Below the pieces are notes generated by a model. It was not told the DNA's origin and searched no databases. It was given only the letters and a program-made list of their open reading frames with translations. From positions 576,001-640,000 of the forward strand of contig CBDCRW010000004.1 in the NCBI GenBank assembly GCA_965221125.1: a DNA stretch of 64,000 bases, in the 5' to 3' direction. The DNA comes from Alphaproteobacteria bacterium. Its GTDB lineage: Bacteria; Pseudomonadota; Alphaproteobacteria; UBA828. Of the stretch, positions 38,298 through 48,900 are shown in pieces. The number at the start of each line of letters is the position of its first letter. Within the stretch, counting starts at the first letter, position 1. Made by a program: the position numbers and the translations under genes.

Positions 38298-38702
38298 ATG
38301 AGCGAAGACGACCGCAACGAGGCCTCCGGCGGCGAGAACGCGGCCGACAAGGCGGGCGATGTCCGCAAGACACGGGGCATCCGCTTCTCGGAATCGGAGT
38401 GGGAAGAGGTCAAACGCGCCGCCCTGGCCCATGACAAGCCGGCCGCCGAGTTCGTCCGCGAGCGCATCCTCGCGCTCGCGCGGAACCCCGAGGAGGCGGA
38501 TCGGGGGCCGGAGAGCGCCGAGCCGGCCCCGGTTGCGGCCTCGATGGCGCCGCTGATCGAGCGGATGTTCCGCTACACCTGGTTCCTGGCGACCGAAAGG
38601 CGCGACGCAATGGCCCGCGAAGGGCGCGGGGACGAGCTCGACAAGCTGGTCGCCGAGGCCCGGGCGTTCCAGGACTCGCTGCGCCGGGGCGCGGCGGACT
38701 GA
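38298..38702 (+). CDS. Small ribbon-helix-helix-like DNA-binding protein (copy 1)
   Basis: KTRGIRFSESEWEEVKRAA...AAEFVRERIL resembles an RHH/MobC-like fold. GAGGAG SD; three further copies occur downstream. Confidence 0.7.
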   Translation: MSEDDRNEASGGENAADKAGDVRKTRGIRFSESEWEEVKRAALAHDKPAAEFVRERILALARNPEEADRGPESAEPAPVAASMAPLIERMFRYTWFLATERRDAMAREGRGDELDKLVAEARAFQDSLRRGAAD

Positions 38703-38817
38703 GCCGGACAGGCGCCGGCCACGATCCGCGCGGTGAGCGCGCGCACGCGCTCGGCGCCGGGGGTCACCATGCGATGCCACGAATGGACTGCGGCGCGCAA
38801 ATGCGCGCAAGCGTCGT

Positions 38818-38846
38818 TTGCTTTCGTGTTCCGTGTTTGGTATCAG
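38818..38846 (+). promoter_or_regulatory. Candidate promoter for the cassette 2 leader (TTGCTT-N17-TATCAG, extended TG)
   Basis: The same geometry occurs at 45615-45643 and 54115-54143, about 80 nt upstream of each leader ATG. Confidence 0.45.
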
Positions 38847-38922
38847 TCGCTTGGAATGGGTCGTGCGCTCTCCTTCGGAGAGTCCGCATCGGGTGTTTTT
38901 TGCAGTCCGGAGGGGGGCGACC

Positions 38923-39246
38923 ATGGGTTTTGTGCGAGAGGCGTGGGCGGCGGTTGCGGCTGCCGCGGGCGAGGTCCGGGATCGGGGCTTGACAAGTGTC
39001 CTTGAGGCTCCCGTTATAATCAGCCGGATCGCCGGATCGCCGGATCGCCGGATCGCCGGATCGCCGGATCGCCGGATCGCCGGATCGCCGGATCGCCGGA
39101 TCGCCGGATCGCCGGATCGCCGGATCGCCGGATCGCCGGATCGCCGGATCGCCGGATCGCCCCACCTGCGTGCGCGTTCCGGCCATGATCGGGGCCGCAT
39201 GGCGGCGGCTCCTCCGTCGGACACCCTCTCCATCCTCCCCGCCTGA
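38923..39246 (+). CDS. Leader ORF of cassette 2 (MGFVREAW...), out of frame with adhesin 2
   Basis: GGAGGGGGG SD; reads through the repeat. The distance 38923 to 39185 is 262 nt (mod 3 = 1). Confidence 0.65.
   Translation: MGFVREAWAAVAAAAGEVRDRGLTSVLEAPVIISRIAGSPDRRIAGSPDRRIAGSPDRRIAGSPDRRIAGSPDRRIAGSPHLRARSGHDRGRMAAAPPSDTLSILPA
38989..39020 (+). promoter_or_regulatory. TTGACA-N20-TATAAT element
   Basis: TTGACA at 38989-38994 and TATAAT at 39015-39020. Confidence 0.6.
39023..39161 (+). repeat. Simple sequence repeat (GCCGGATC)x17
   Basis: 17 perfect units at 39023-39158, plus GCC. Confidence 0.98.
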
Positions 39247-42200
39247 GTCTTCCGGTCTCGCCGCTGCGGGCGGTCTGCGCCGGGCCGCCGCCGCCGGCCT
39301 GCTCGGCCTGCCGCTGGCGTTCGGTCTCGCCGGCGCGGCGCAGGCCTACGAGGGCATCACGATCTCGGCGCCCCCGGACGCGCCAGAGGGACATTCGGGC
39401 CTGACGAACCAGACCTTCGAGGTGCGCCTTACCGGACCGGTCTCGGGCGACGTCAACTACAAGGTCTGCTTTTCCGGCACGGCCACGTACGCGGACGACT
39501 ACAATCCCACGCTCGGTGGGACCCAGCAGTCCTCCAATTGCGTCAACGGCCGCATCGGCAGGGGGCGGACGACTCCTGACAGCGCCATCGGCATCGCCGT
39601 GGTCGGCGACGAGATTTCGGAAAGCGGAAGATGGCGCGGCGAGTACGGCGAGACGGTGACCGCGCACCTGACCCTTGTCGGCGCGCAGCCGTGGGACCTT
39701 GACGGCCGCCGCGCCCACACGGTCACCCACACCATCCTGAACGACGACGTGGCCGTGAGTTTCCGGCAGGCCAACTACGAAGGCCGCGAAGGGAAGCGGC
39801 TCCGCATCCAGGTCGACCTGGTGGAAAGCACCCAAGGATACCCATGGAACGTCACGGTCCCGTTCACGTATACCCGGGGAACGGCGTCGTCCGGCGACTA
39901 CGACGCCTCGCGGACCTCGCTGACCTTCCGGCGCGGCGAGATCACGCAGGACCTGTACGTCGACCTGACCGACGACAGCAGCTTCGACAGTGGCGAGACG
40001 TTCACCATCGATTTGGACACGGCCAGCTTTCCGACCGGCATGTATGACAGCGGCATTGCGCGAGCACGGGTGACCATCAAGGACAACGACTACAGCATCA
40101 GCGCGAGTTCCAGCTCCCATGCAGTCCGGGAGGACGCGGGGGGCGTCAGCATCCCGGTGACCATCAGCCCCGCGCAGGAGCGCACGGTGGGCGTGCGCGT
40201 CAGTTTCAGCGACATTAACGCTTCCGGCGGCCAGGACTACATCGCGAAACACCACAGCTTTCCGGACGACATCCTGACCTTCCATCCCGGGGAGACCGCG
40301 AAGTGGATCTTCGTCCCGGTCGTCAACGACGGCGCCTTCGAGCAAAACGAGCTGTTCAAGGTGACGCTGACACAGACGGTCGGAGCGACGGATCCGGAAA
40401 CCGTGGATATCATCATCAAGGATCATCGGCCAGGCGACGGCGAATACACCAGCAAGCTGATCCTCGAACGGACCAGCCGGGACACCGTCTCGGAGGGGCA
40501 GAGCGCGACGTTCAGGCTCACGATGCATCCGGCTGTGCAGGAAGGCTCCACCGTCGCGGTGCTGCTGTCGCAGTCGGCCGACGACGGCGTGCGGGCGAAC
40601 TGGATCGCCGGTGCGCCGGAGACGCACGCGCACTACAAGACCGTCAGTTTCGCCCGAGGGGAAAGCGTGAAGACCCTGACGGTGCCGATCCGGAGCGACA
40701 GGCGCGACACCAACGGCACGCTCACCGTGGCGGCGATGGCGCCGGGCGACCACCCCGCCAGCACCGGCCCCTACACCGCGCGCGGGCAGAAAGTGGTCGC
40801 GAAGGTGCGCATCCTGGACACCACGGCGGACGGCAACCCCCACAGCAGCCCCCAGCAGACGGCCGCGGTCGAGGTCCCCTCCACGGCGGTGACCAACCTG
40901 CAGGTGACGGCGGTTGACGGGAACACGGCGAAGGCGACGTGGGACGCGGTTCCGCACGCCACCGGCTACGAGGTGGAGTGGGACGCGCTCGACGGCAACG
41001 GGCAGTCGATCGCCGCCGGCCTCCACGCCGGCGTGACCGCCACGACGCAGACGATCGAACACCAGGCGCCGGGGGCGGCGTCGCTCAGGGTGACGGTGGC
41101 GCCGGAACATGTCGACGGCAACGGCGACACGCAGGTGCTCGCCGGCCTCGCGGCCACGGCGGTACTCGACCTGTCGACGCCGCAGTCCGCGCAGGCGGAT
41201 TCTCTCCAGGCGGGCGCGGCGTCCTGCGATCTCGGGACGCTGCGCGCGGACATCGCGGGCTATATCGGCGAGCAGCCGGAGACGAGCGACCATGTGAAGC
41301 GCTGGAAGCGGGTGCTGGCGGCGTTCGACGGCAAGGCCGGGGGCATGACCGCCGCCGAGGCCGGGACGTATGCCGGCAAGGGCTGGACGCGCTGGGACCC
41401 GGTGGTGGTGGCGCTCGACTGCCTGGAGAAGGCCGCGACGCCGCAGGCGGAGACGCCGGCGGCGGTCCCCGAGCTCAGCCTGTCGGCCGGTCCCGCCGTG
41501 GACGAGGGCGGCAGTGCGGTCTTCACCGTCCATGCCGATCCGGCGCCGGCGGCGGAGCTCACGGTCGCCTTCACCGTCGCCCAGAGCGGCGAGTACCTGG
41601 ACGCGCCCGGCGCGGGCAGCCGGACGGTGACGCTTGCGGCGGGCGCCGCGAGCGCCACGCTCGCCATCGCCACGGCCGACGACGGGGCCGATGAGGCCGA
41701 CGGCTCGGTCGGCGTCACCCTCGACGCCGGCGCGGGCTACACCCTGGCGGCCGGCAAGGCGGCCGCGAAGGTCGCGGTGCGCGACAACGACACGCCGGTC
41801 GTGAGCGTGGCGGCGGGCACTGGCGTTACGGAGGGCGATCCGGCGACGTTCACGGTGACGGCGACGCCCGCGCCCGCCGCGCCGCTCACGGTGGCGCTGA
41901 CGGTGGGCCAGAGCGGGGACTTCGCGGCTGCCGGCGAGACCGGCGCCAGGGAGGTGACCGTTCCGACCGGGGGCAGTGCAGCCTTCGAGGTCGCGACGGC
42001 GGACGACAGCGCGGACGAGCCGGACGGATCGGTGGGCGCGGCCCTGCAGTCCGGAACGGGCTATGCGGTGGCGGATCCGCCGGCAGACGCGGCCACGGTC
42101 GCGGTCTCGGACGACGATGTCGCGGCGACGGGCGTGCCGACGCTCTCGGTGAACGACGTCGAGGTGAAGGAGGGTCCGTACCGGCGGGTCGAGTTCACGG

Positions 42201-44071
42201 TGACGCTCAGCAAGGCGTTGGAGAAGGGCGCCTGGTTCTACTACCGGGTGCGGGAGTCGAGCCCGGTGTCGGCGAAGCGGGGCGTGGACTTTTCGGCCTC
42301 TACCGGAAAGAAATTTGCGTCCATAAGGCCGGGCGCGACCGAGCACCGGATCATGGCGGCCCTGGTGATCGACGACAGCCACGACGAGGACCCGGAGACC
42401 TTCGAGATCGTACTCTCGGACGCGAACGGCGTGGCGATCGCGGACGGGGTGGGCGTGGCGACGATCGTCAACGACGACCCGATGCCGGCGGCGTGGCTCG
42501 CGCGGTTCGGTCGCACGGTGGCGGAGCAGGCGCTCGACGGGATTGCCGGGCGCATCGCGGCGCCGCGCGCGGCGGGCATGCAGGGCGCGATTGCCGGGCA
42601 GGCGCTGAGCTTCAATCCTGGATCGGGGTCCCCCGGATCGCAGACCGGCGCGGCGAACGACAACGCGGCCAGTGTCGGCTTCTCCGGCACCGGGCCGCTG
42701 GCGCTGTCCGGCCTCGACGCTCCCGCCGGGCGCTTCGGCCCTGCCGGCCTCGGGGCTGGCTTCGGCCATGGCGTCCACGGTTTCGGCCAGGGCTTCGCGC
42801 AATCCCGTACCATGACGGGGCTGGAGGCGCTGCTGGGCTCGAGCTTCACCGCGACGGGAGAGACCGACGCCACCGGCGGCAGCCTCGCCTTCTGGGGCCT
42901 CGCGGCGCAGTCGAGCTTCGACGGCCGCGAGGGGACGTTCTCGCTCGACGGCGAGACGACGACGGCCATGCTGGGCGCGGACTATGCGCGGGGCAGGTGG
43001 CTGGTCGGGCTCGCGCTGATGCAGAGTTCCGGCGAGGGTGGCTACGCCGACAGGGCTGCCAGCCCCCGCCCCGCTTTGCAGACCTGCCCGGAGGATGCGG
43101 ACGAGAGTCTGTGCAACGGCGCGGTGCGGGAGGGCGACGGCGACGTGGAGGCGTCTCTGACGGCCGCCGTCCCGTACGCGGCCATCCAGTCGTCCGAACG
43201 TCTCAGGCTCTGGGGCGCGGCGGGCTACGGCACCGGCGAGGTGACGCTGAAGCCCGCCATGGGCGGCTCGCTCAAGTCGGACCTCTCCTGGACGATGGCG
43301 GCGGCGGGCGCGCGGAGCGATCTTCTCCAGCCTCCGAAGGAAGGGAGCGGTCCCACGCTCGCGCTGACCGCGGACGCCTTGTGGGCGCGGACCTCGTCGG
43401 AGAAGACGCGAGAGCTGGCGGCGTCGGACTCCGACGTGACCCGGCTGCGGTTGGGTCTGGAAGGCAGCTATCGCATCGCCACCGAGGGCGGCGGCCGGAT
43501 CGTGCCCAGGGTGGAGATCGGCGCGCGCCATGACGGCGGCGACGCGGAGACCGGCTTCGGCGTCGAGCTCGGCGGCGGCATCGCCTGGACCGATCCGGCG
43601 CTCGGGCTCTCGCTCGACCTCTCGGGCCGGACGCTGATCGCGCACGGCAACGACGATCTGGAAGACCGGGGCTTCGCGGCCTCGCTCGCCTTCGATCCGA
43701 ACCCGGGCACCGAGCGCGGCCTGTCGCTGACGCTCCGCCAGCGGATCGGCGGCCGGGCCGAGGGCGGGCTCGACGCGCTGTTCGCGACCGACCCGCTGGC
43801 CGACCGCACCGGTATCGGCGAGGTGGAGAGCCGATGGCAGGCGGAAGCCGCGTACGGCCTCCCGGCCCTCGCGGGGCGCTTCACCGGCAGCCCGCATGTG
43901 GGGCTCGGGCTCGCCACGGGCGCGCGCGACTACACGCTCGGCTGGCGGCTCTCGCCGGCGGCCAACGCCAACGCGCCCGATCTCTCCTTCGGCGTGAGGG
44001 CGACGCGCCGGGAGAGCGATACGGCGGCGCCGGAACACATCGCCGGGTTCGAGCTTCGCGCCCGCTGGTAA
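39185..44071 (+). CDS. Calx-beta repeat autotransporter-like surface protein (adhesin 2, about 1628 aa)
   Basis: Signal peptide ending AAQA, Calx-beta repeats and an FN3-like block shared with adhesin 1. The conserved barrel ends in RARW. Confidence 0.85.
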   Translation: MIGAAWRRLLRRTPSPSSPPESSGLAAAGGLRRAAAAGLLGLPLAFGLAGAAQAYEGITISAPPDAPEGHSGLTNQTFEVRLTGPVSGDVNYKVCFSGTATYADDYNPTLGGTQQSSNCVNGRIGRGRTTPDSAIGIAVVGDEISESGRWRGEYGETVTAHLTLVGAQPWDLDGRRAHTVTHTILNDDVAVSFRQANYEGREGKRLRIQVDLVESTQGYPWNVTVPFTYTRGTASSGDYDASRTSLTFRRGEITQDLYVDLTDDSSFDSGETFTIDLDTASFPTGMYDSGIARARVTIKDNDYSISASSSSHAVREDAGGVSIPVTISPAQERTVGVRVSFSDINASGGQDYIAKHHSFPDDILTFHPGETAKWIFVPVVNDGAFEQNELFKVTLTQTVGATDPETVDIIIKDHRPGDGEYTSKLILERTSRDTVSEGQSATFRLTMHPAVQEGSTVAVLLSQSADDGVRANWIAGAPETHAHYKTVSFARGESVKTLTVPIRSDRRDTNGTLTVAAMAPGDHPASTGPYTARGQKVVAKVRILDTTADGNPHSSPQQTAAVEVPSTAVTNLQVTAVDGNTAKATWDAVPHATGYEVEWDALDGNGQSIAAGLHAGVTATTQTIEHQAPGAASLRVTVAPEHVDGNGDTQVLAGLAATAVLDLSTPQSAQADSLQAGAASCDLGTLRADIAGYIGEQPETSDHVKRWKRVLAAFDGKAGGMTAAEAGTYAGKGWTRWDPVVVALDCLEKAATPQAETPAAVPELSLSAGPAVDEGGSAVFTVHADPAPAAELTVAFTVAQSGEYLDAPGAGSRTVTLAAGAASATLAIATADDGADEADGSVGVTLDAGAGYTLAAGKAAAKVAVRDNDTPVVSVAAGTGVTEGDPATFTVTATPAPAAPLTVALTVGQSGDFAAAGETGAREVTVPTGGSAAFEVATADDSADEPDGSVGAALQSGTGYAVADPPADAATVAVSDDDVAATGVPTLSVNDVEVKEGPYRRVEFTVTLSKALEKGAWFYYRVRESSPVSAKRGVDFSASTGKKFASIRPGATEHRIMAALVIDDSHDEDPETFEIVLSDANGVAIADGVGVATIVNDDPMPAAWLARFGRTVAEQALDGIAGRIAAPRAAGMQGAIAGQALSFNPGSGSPGSQTGAANDNAASVGFSGTGPLALSGLDAPAGRFGPAGLGAGFGHGVHGFGQGFAQSRTMTGLEALLGSSFTATGETDATGGSLAFWGLAAQSSFDGREGTFSLDGETTTAMLGADYARGRWLVGLALMQSSGEGGYADRAASPRPALQTCPEDADESLCNGAVREGDGDVEASLTAAVPYAAIQSSERLRLWGAAGYGTGEVTLKPAMGGSLKSDLSWTMAAAGARSDLLQPPKEGSGPTLALTADALWARTSSEKTRELAASDSDVTRLRLGLEGSYRIATEGGGRIVPRVEIGARHDGGDAETGFGVELGGGIAWTDPALGLSLDLSGRTLIAHGNDDLEDRGFAASLAFDPNPGTERGLSLTLRQRIGGRAEGGLDALFATDPLADRTGIGEVESRWQAEAAYGLPALAGRFTGSPHVGLGLATGARDYTLGWRLSPAANANAPDLSFGVRATRRESDTAAPEHIAGFELRARW

Positions 44072-44086
44072 TCGCGACGCCCGGCG

Positions 44087-44790
44087 ATGGCGCGGCAGGT
44101 CCGCGGATGGGACGCCCTGCGGGCCTGGCGCTTCATCCGGGCCAGCAGGGCGTATCGCGACGCCTGGGCGAAGCGCCGCCATCTCTCCGGCCTGCCGGAG
44201 CGGGCGCCGTTCCCGGTGCGCCTCCAGACCGCCGCCGATCTCGCCGCCGCGGCCTGGGGCATGGCGGCATTTGAAGACCCGCATGCGGAACGGCCGCTCG
44301 CGCCCTTCTGGACCCAGGCCGGCGTGATCGACGGCCGGGTGGCGCCGGACGCGCCGCCGCTGGCCCGGCTTGCCGCTGAGGGCGGGGCAACGCTCTCCGG
44401 GCTGCGGCTGGGCGACGGCGCCTTGATGCTCCGGATCGAACGGGAGGGCCGGTCGGTCCAGGTCCGGCTTCCCCGAGGCGCCGGCTTCCCCGAGGATGGC
44501 GGGCTGTTGCTGGTGCGCGAAGTGGCGAGCATCGAGGATGTCTGGCTCGGCGCCCCGGTCCCTCGGCCGGGGCGGGAACGGGGGATGACGGAGACACCGA
44601 ACTTCTGCTGGCGCTGGAAAGCGAGGCGGAAGGACTCACCCGGCGCGAGGTCGCGGTGCGGCTCTGGGGCCGGGAACGGGTTGCGGAGGAGTACCACGAC
44701 GGCAGCTGGATGCATACCCGCGTCAAGCGCCGCCGGTCCCGCGCGAAGGCGATCCTGAAACAGTATCGCGACATGGCGACAGGCAAGTAA
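44087..44790 (+). CDS. FseA-like activator copy 2; C-terminal domain in the -1 frame
   Basis: Homologous to the 13765 gene, with ACGGGGGA at 44578-44585. The -1 frame ends YRDMATGK* at TAA 44788-44790. Confidence 0.7.
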
Positions 44791-44958
44791 TGCGCGGGCC
44801 GCGCCGCCGCGCGCCGATTGCCGAAATGCCGGGCGTTCGTTTGCCGTCGGCACGGAAACCCGGGCTCGGCCGCCGCGATTCCGCCTCGCGCGCGCCGTAT
44901 CGGGGGCGCCATGCGGCGCGCGGAAGACGCCGATGAGAGGCTGCAGAGGGGCCGAAGG

Positions 44959-45363
44959 ATGAGCGACGACGACCGTGACGACGTCTCCGGCGGCGCGAAT
45001 GCGGCCGAAAAGGCCGGCGAAGTCCGCAAGACACGGGGCATCCCCTTCTCGGGTTCCGAGCGGGAGGAGGTCAAACGCGCCGCCCTGGCCGACGACAAGC
45101 CGGCCGCCGAGTTCGTCCGCGAGCACATCCTCGCGCTCGCGCGGAACCCCGAGGTGGCGGTTCGGGCGCGGACGAGCGTCGAACCGGCCGCGGTTGCGGC
45201 TTCGATGGCGGCGCCGATCGAGCGGGTGTTCCGCTACACCTGGTTCCTGGCGACCGAAAGGCGGGACGCGATGGTCCGCGAAGGACGCGGGGACGAGCTC
45301 GACAGGCTGGTCGCCGAGGCCCGGGCGTTCCAGGACGCGCTCGGCCGGGGCGACGCCGACTGA
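44959..45363 (+). CDS. RHH-like protein copy 2
   Basis: Close paralog of 38298-38702. Confidence 0.7.
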   Translation: MSDDDRDDVSGGANAAEKAGEVRKTRGIPFSGSEREEVKRAALADDKPAAEFVREHILALARNPEVAVRARTSVEPAAVAASMAAPIERVFRYTWFLATERRDAMVREGRGDELDRLVAEARAFQDALGRGDAD

Positions 45364-45389
45364 GCGAAGCCGGCGGTCGCAGGACCGGT

Positions 45390-45605
45390 TCCTCGACGAT
45401 CCGCTTGCCGGCTTCCGTTGAAACACCCTGGCCGAGCGAAAGCAGGTCAGGACCACCAACGCCATCGAACGAAGGTTCTGCGGGGTCCGAAGACGAACCC
45501 GGCCCATGGGAGCCTTCCGGGACAAGACCTCCATCGACCGCATCCTCTGCGCGGTCTTCATCCACGGATACAAGTCCCGGGGAATCGCCAGCCCCGTCTC
45601 CCCGA
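45390..45605 (+). pseudogene. IS256-family transposase C-terminal remnant
   Basis: Translates as RKQVRTTNAIERRFCGVRRRTRPMGAFRDKTSIDRILCAVF, with no N-terminal part. Confidence 0.7.
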
Positions 45606-45722
45606 CCACGGAGTTTGCCTTCGCGTTTCGAGTTTGGTACTAGGCGGCCCGAACTGGGAGATGCGCCCTCTCCGGAGGCGCAGAACCCGGTGTTTTTTTG
45701 TTTGCGGTCCGGGGGGATGACC

Positions 45723-45947
45723 ATGGGTTCAGTGCGGGGAGCGTGGACGGCGATTGCGGTTGCCCTGGACGGGGTTCGAAGTCGGAGGTGTTCGCGCGGG
45801 CACTTGACAAACCCGGACGGTGCAGCTGTTAAAATAAGCCGGGACGCCGGGACGCCGGGACGCCGGGACGCCGGGACGCCTCACCTGCGCTCGCCTGCTG
45901 GTCATGAGGGCGCTCGCATGGCTGTGCCGCACATCTTCTCCGCCTGA
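45723..45947 (+). CDS. Leader ORF of cassette 3 (MGSVRGAW...), out of frame with adhesin 3
   Basis: G-rich SD; homologous to the MGFVREAW leader. The distance 45723 to 45904 is 181 nt (mod 3 = 1). Confidence 0.6.
   Translation: MGSVRGAWTAIAVALDGVRSRRCSRGHLTNPDGAAVKISRDAGTPGRRDAGTPHLRSPAGHEGARMAVPHIFSA
45804..45835 (+). promoter_or_regulatory. TTGACA-N20-TAAAAT element
   Basis: TTGACA at 45804-45809 and TAAAAT at 45830-45835. Confidence 0.55.
45838..45880 (+). repeat. Simple sequence repeat (GCCGGGAC)x5
   Basis: 5 perfect units at 45838-45877, plus GCC. Confidence 0.95.
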
Positions 45948-48900
45948 CCGTTCTGCCGCCAGCCGCGCCGAGCCGCGCCGCATGCGCTCGCCGGGGCGCC
46001 GCCTGCAAGGTGCCCTTTGTTCGTCGGTGCTGTTGCTGCTGACGGCGATTGCCTCCGGCGAGGCCTGGGCGGCACCCTATATCAGTATCGCCGCCTCTCC
46101 CGCCTCGGTGGAGGAAGGCGAGACGATCACGTTCACGATAACCAGAACCGGGTCCACGTCGTCGGCCCTGGAGCAGATCGTGATCCACCTCCCCCAATTT
46201 GGCAGTCCTTTTGTCTGCGACGGCAGCCGGTGCCCGGTCAAGTACGTCCGACCGCTGGATGTCGGCTACGAGTGCGCCATCCTCCCCGGCGTGAGCAATC
46301 ATCGCTGCTTTACCATTCCTGCCGGCAAGAGTTCGATCACCGTCGACGTGCCGACCTACGCCCACACGCTGCATGAGGAGGATGGGCGGGTCGGCTTCTT
46401 CATACGGGGTGGATATCCCGAGTATACCGGGATGAACCATTACTGGATAAAGGGACCCAGCCGCCGCTACGTGACGGTGCGCGACGGGCCGGACGTGACG
46501 CCGGACGTCAAGGCGACGCTGAGCATTCCGGACAACCGCGCGACCGAGGGGGATGCCAGCGATCCGGCAACGGTGGCATTGACGTTGACCGGGTCAGATC
46601 CCACTGCCCTTGTTTCGCCGACAGTGCCTTCAAGCCGGGAATTGATCCGGGGCGAGAGCCTCAAGGTGCCGCTTCAGTTCTCGGGCGGTACGCCCGGAAC
46701 GGACTTCACGCTGTCCCTGTCGGGCAACCCCGCCGGGGTCTCGCTCGATGCGAGCACCGGCACCGTCACCTTCACCGGCCCGTCCAGCGGCAGCAGCGCG
46801 GCCGCCGCGACGCTGATCCTTACTGCCGCGGACGATCCGGATGCGGACGGCGCCACCGTGACCGCGAGTATTGGGCATGTGACCGCCTCGGGCATCCCCG
46901 GGAGCGCCAGCGGCGCACGGAACGGCGACGGACGGATTCTCCTGATCGATCCCGACACCCCGCCGCCGCCGCAAATCAGCATTTCTGGAGGAGCCGATGT
47001 CACCGAAGGCAGCGCGGCCATCTTCACGCTGAACGCCGACCCCGCGCCATCGGATGACATCAGCGTCGAAGTGGAGGTGTCGGACAGCGGCGACTTCGCC
47101 ACCGGCGGACAGGACGGCTCCCGGACGGTCACGATCGGCGCAAGCGGCAGCGCCAGTCTCGAGGTCGCCACCGCGAACGATGGCCGGGACGAGCCCGACG
47201 GCGCGATTACCGCGACGATCGGGAGCGGCGACGGCTACACGGTGGACAGCCGGAGCCACACGGCTTCGGTCGCGGTGGCGGACGATGACGTGCCGGTGGT
47301 GGCCTTTGCCTCGGCCTCGTCGGGCGCGGGGGAAGCCGCGGGCACGCGCAACGTGACGCTCGATCTCGATCCGGCGCCGGGCGCCGGCATCACGCTCGAC
47401 TACAGCGTCGGCGGCACGGCGACCGAGGGCAGCGGCAACGACTTCACCATCGAGAGCTCCGGCACCGTGTCGGTCGCGGCCGGCGCCGCGACGGCGACCA
47501 TCCCGATCGCGATCGTCGACGACGCCAGCAATGAGAGCGCCGAGACCGTGGTGCTGACGCTGACCGACGGCACGGGCTACACGCCGGGCGCCACGAAGGC
47601 CCACACCCTCACCATTACCGACGACGACGCGGCTGTCGTCCCGCCCGGCGTGACGGTCTCGACCGACGCGCTCAGCCTTGCCGAGGGCGGCGCGGCGGGC
47701 AGCTACACGGTGGTGCTGGCGAGCAAGCCGACGGCGGATGTGACGGTGACGGCAACGAGCGGCGATGCGGGCAAGGTGAAGGTCCACGGCCCCGGCGGCA
47801 CGGCGGGCGCGAGCGCCACGCTCACCTTCACCTCGACGACCTGGAACCGGGCGCAGAGCGTGACGGTGACGCCACAGGAGGATGCGGACGCCGACGACGA
47901 GAGCGTCGCCATTACCCATGCCGTCAGCAATACCGGCGGCTATGGCGGGGTGACGGTCGGGTCCGTCACGGTCTCGGTGGACGATGACGAGACGCCGACG
48001 CTTTCGGTCGCGGTCGCGCCGGCGTCCGCGAACGAGGGCGCGGCGGGTGCTAAGGGTTACGCGACGGTGACCTTCGGCCTTGCCCCGACGCGGGCACAGG
48101 CGACGAGCTTCAAGGTGTGCCTGAAGAGCACCGGCACCGCGACCCGGGGCGGCAGCGCGGACTACCTGTTCGTCGGGCCGTCGAGCGACACACCCGTGAG
48201 CCTTTCCAACGACTGCCACAGCTACACGCTGCCCGCGAACGCGGCGAGCGGGCAGGCGCGGCTGCTGATCCGGGGCGACGGCGAGGTCGAGCCCGACGAG
48301 ACGGTGGTGGTGGAACTGCGCGACCCGCCGCAGGGGGTGGCGGTCTCCGGGGCCGCGGGCCTTGCGACCTACACCATCGTCAACGATGACACCGCCCCCA
48401 ATGCCTGCCATGCGGATGTGAAGCCGGACGTGCAGGGCTATGCCGGGGAGACGCACTACGGAACGGCGCACGTGACGCGCTGGATGAAGGTGCTGGCCGC
48501 CTTCGGCGACGACAACGGCCATGCGGCGATGGACGTCGCCGAGGCGAAGCAGATGCGGGACCAGTACTCGCCGGGCCGCTGGAACCCGGTGATAACGGCG
48601 CTCCAGTGCCTGGAGAATGCCGGCACGACCAATACCGGTCCCGAGATCACGGTCACGGGCGGCAGTGGCGTTACCGAGGGCGGCAATGCGGTGTTCACGG
48701 TTGCGGCCGATCCGGCCCCGGCTTTGAGCCTGGCGGTGACGCTCACCGTCGTCGACGACGCGGTGAGCGATTTCCTCGGCGCAGGCGATGAGGGGACGCA
48801 GACGGTCACCATCCAGGCGGGCCAGTCCTCGGCCACGCTCACGCTCGCCACGGTGAATGACAATGCGGACGAGCCCAATGGCAATGTGTCCGCGACAGTC

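Larger units (their letters stand above)
15034..38702 (+). mobile_element. F-type conjugative transfer region (T4SS, coupling protein and MOBF relaxase) of an ICE or plasmid
   Basis: Contiguous, mostly overlapping tra genes in F-like order. Element boundaries, an integrase and a rep gene are not visible in the window. Confidence 0.92.
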
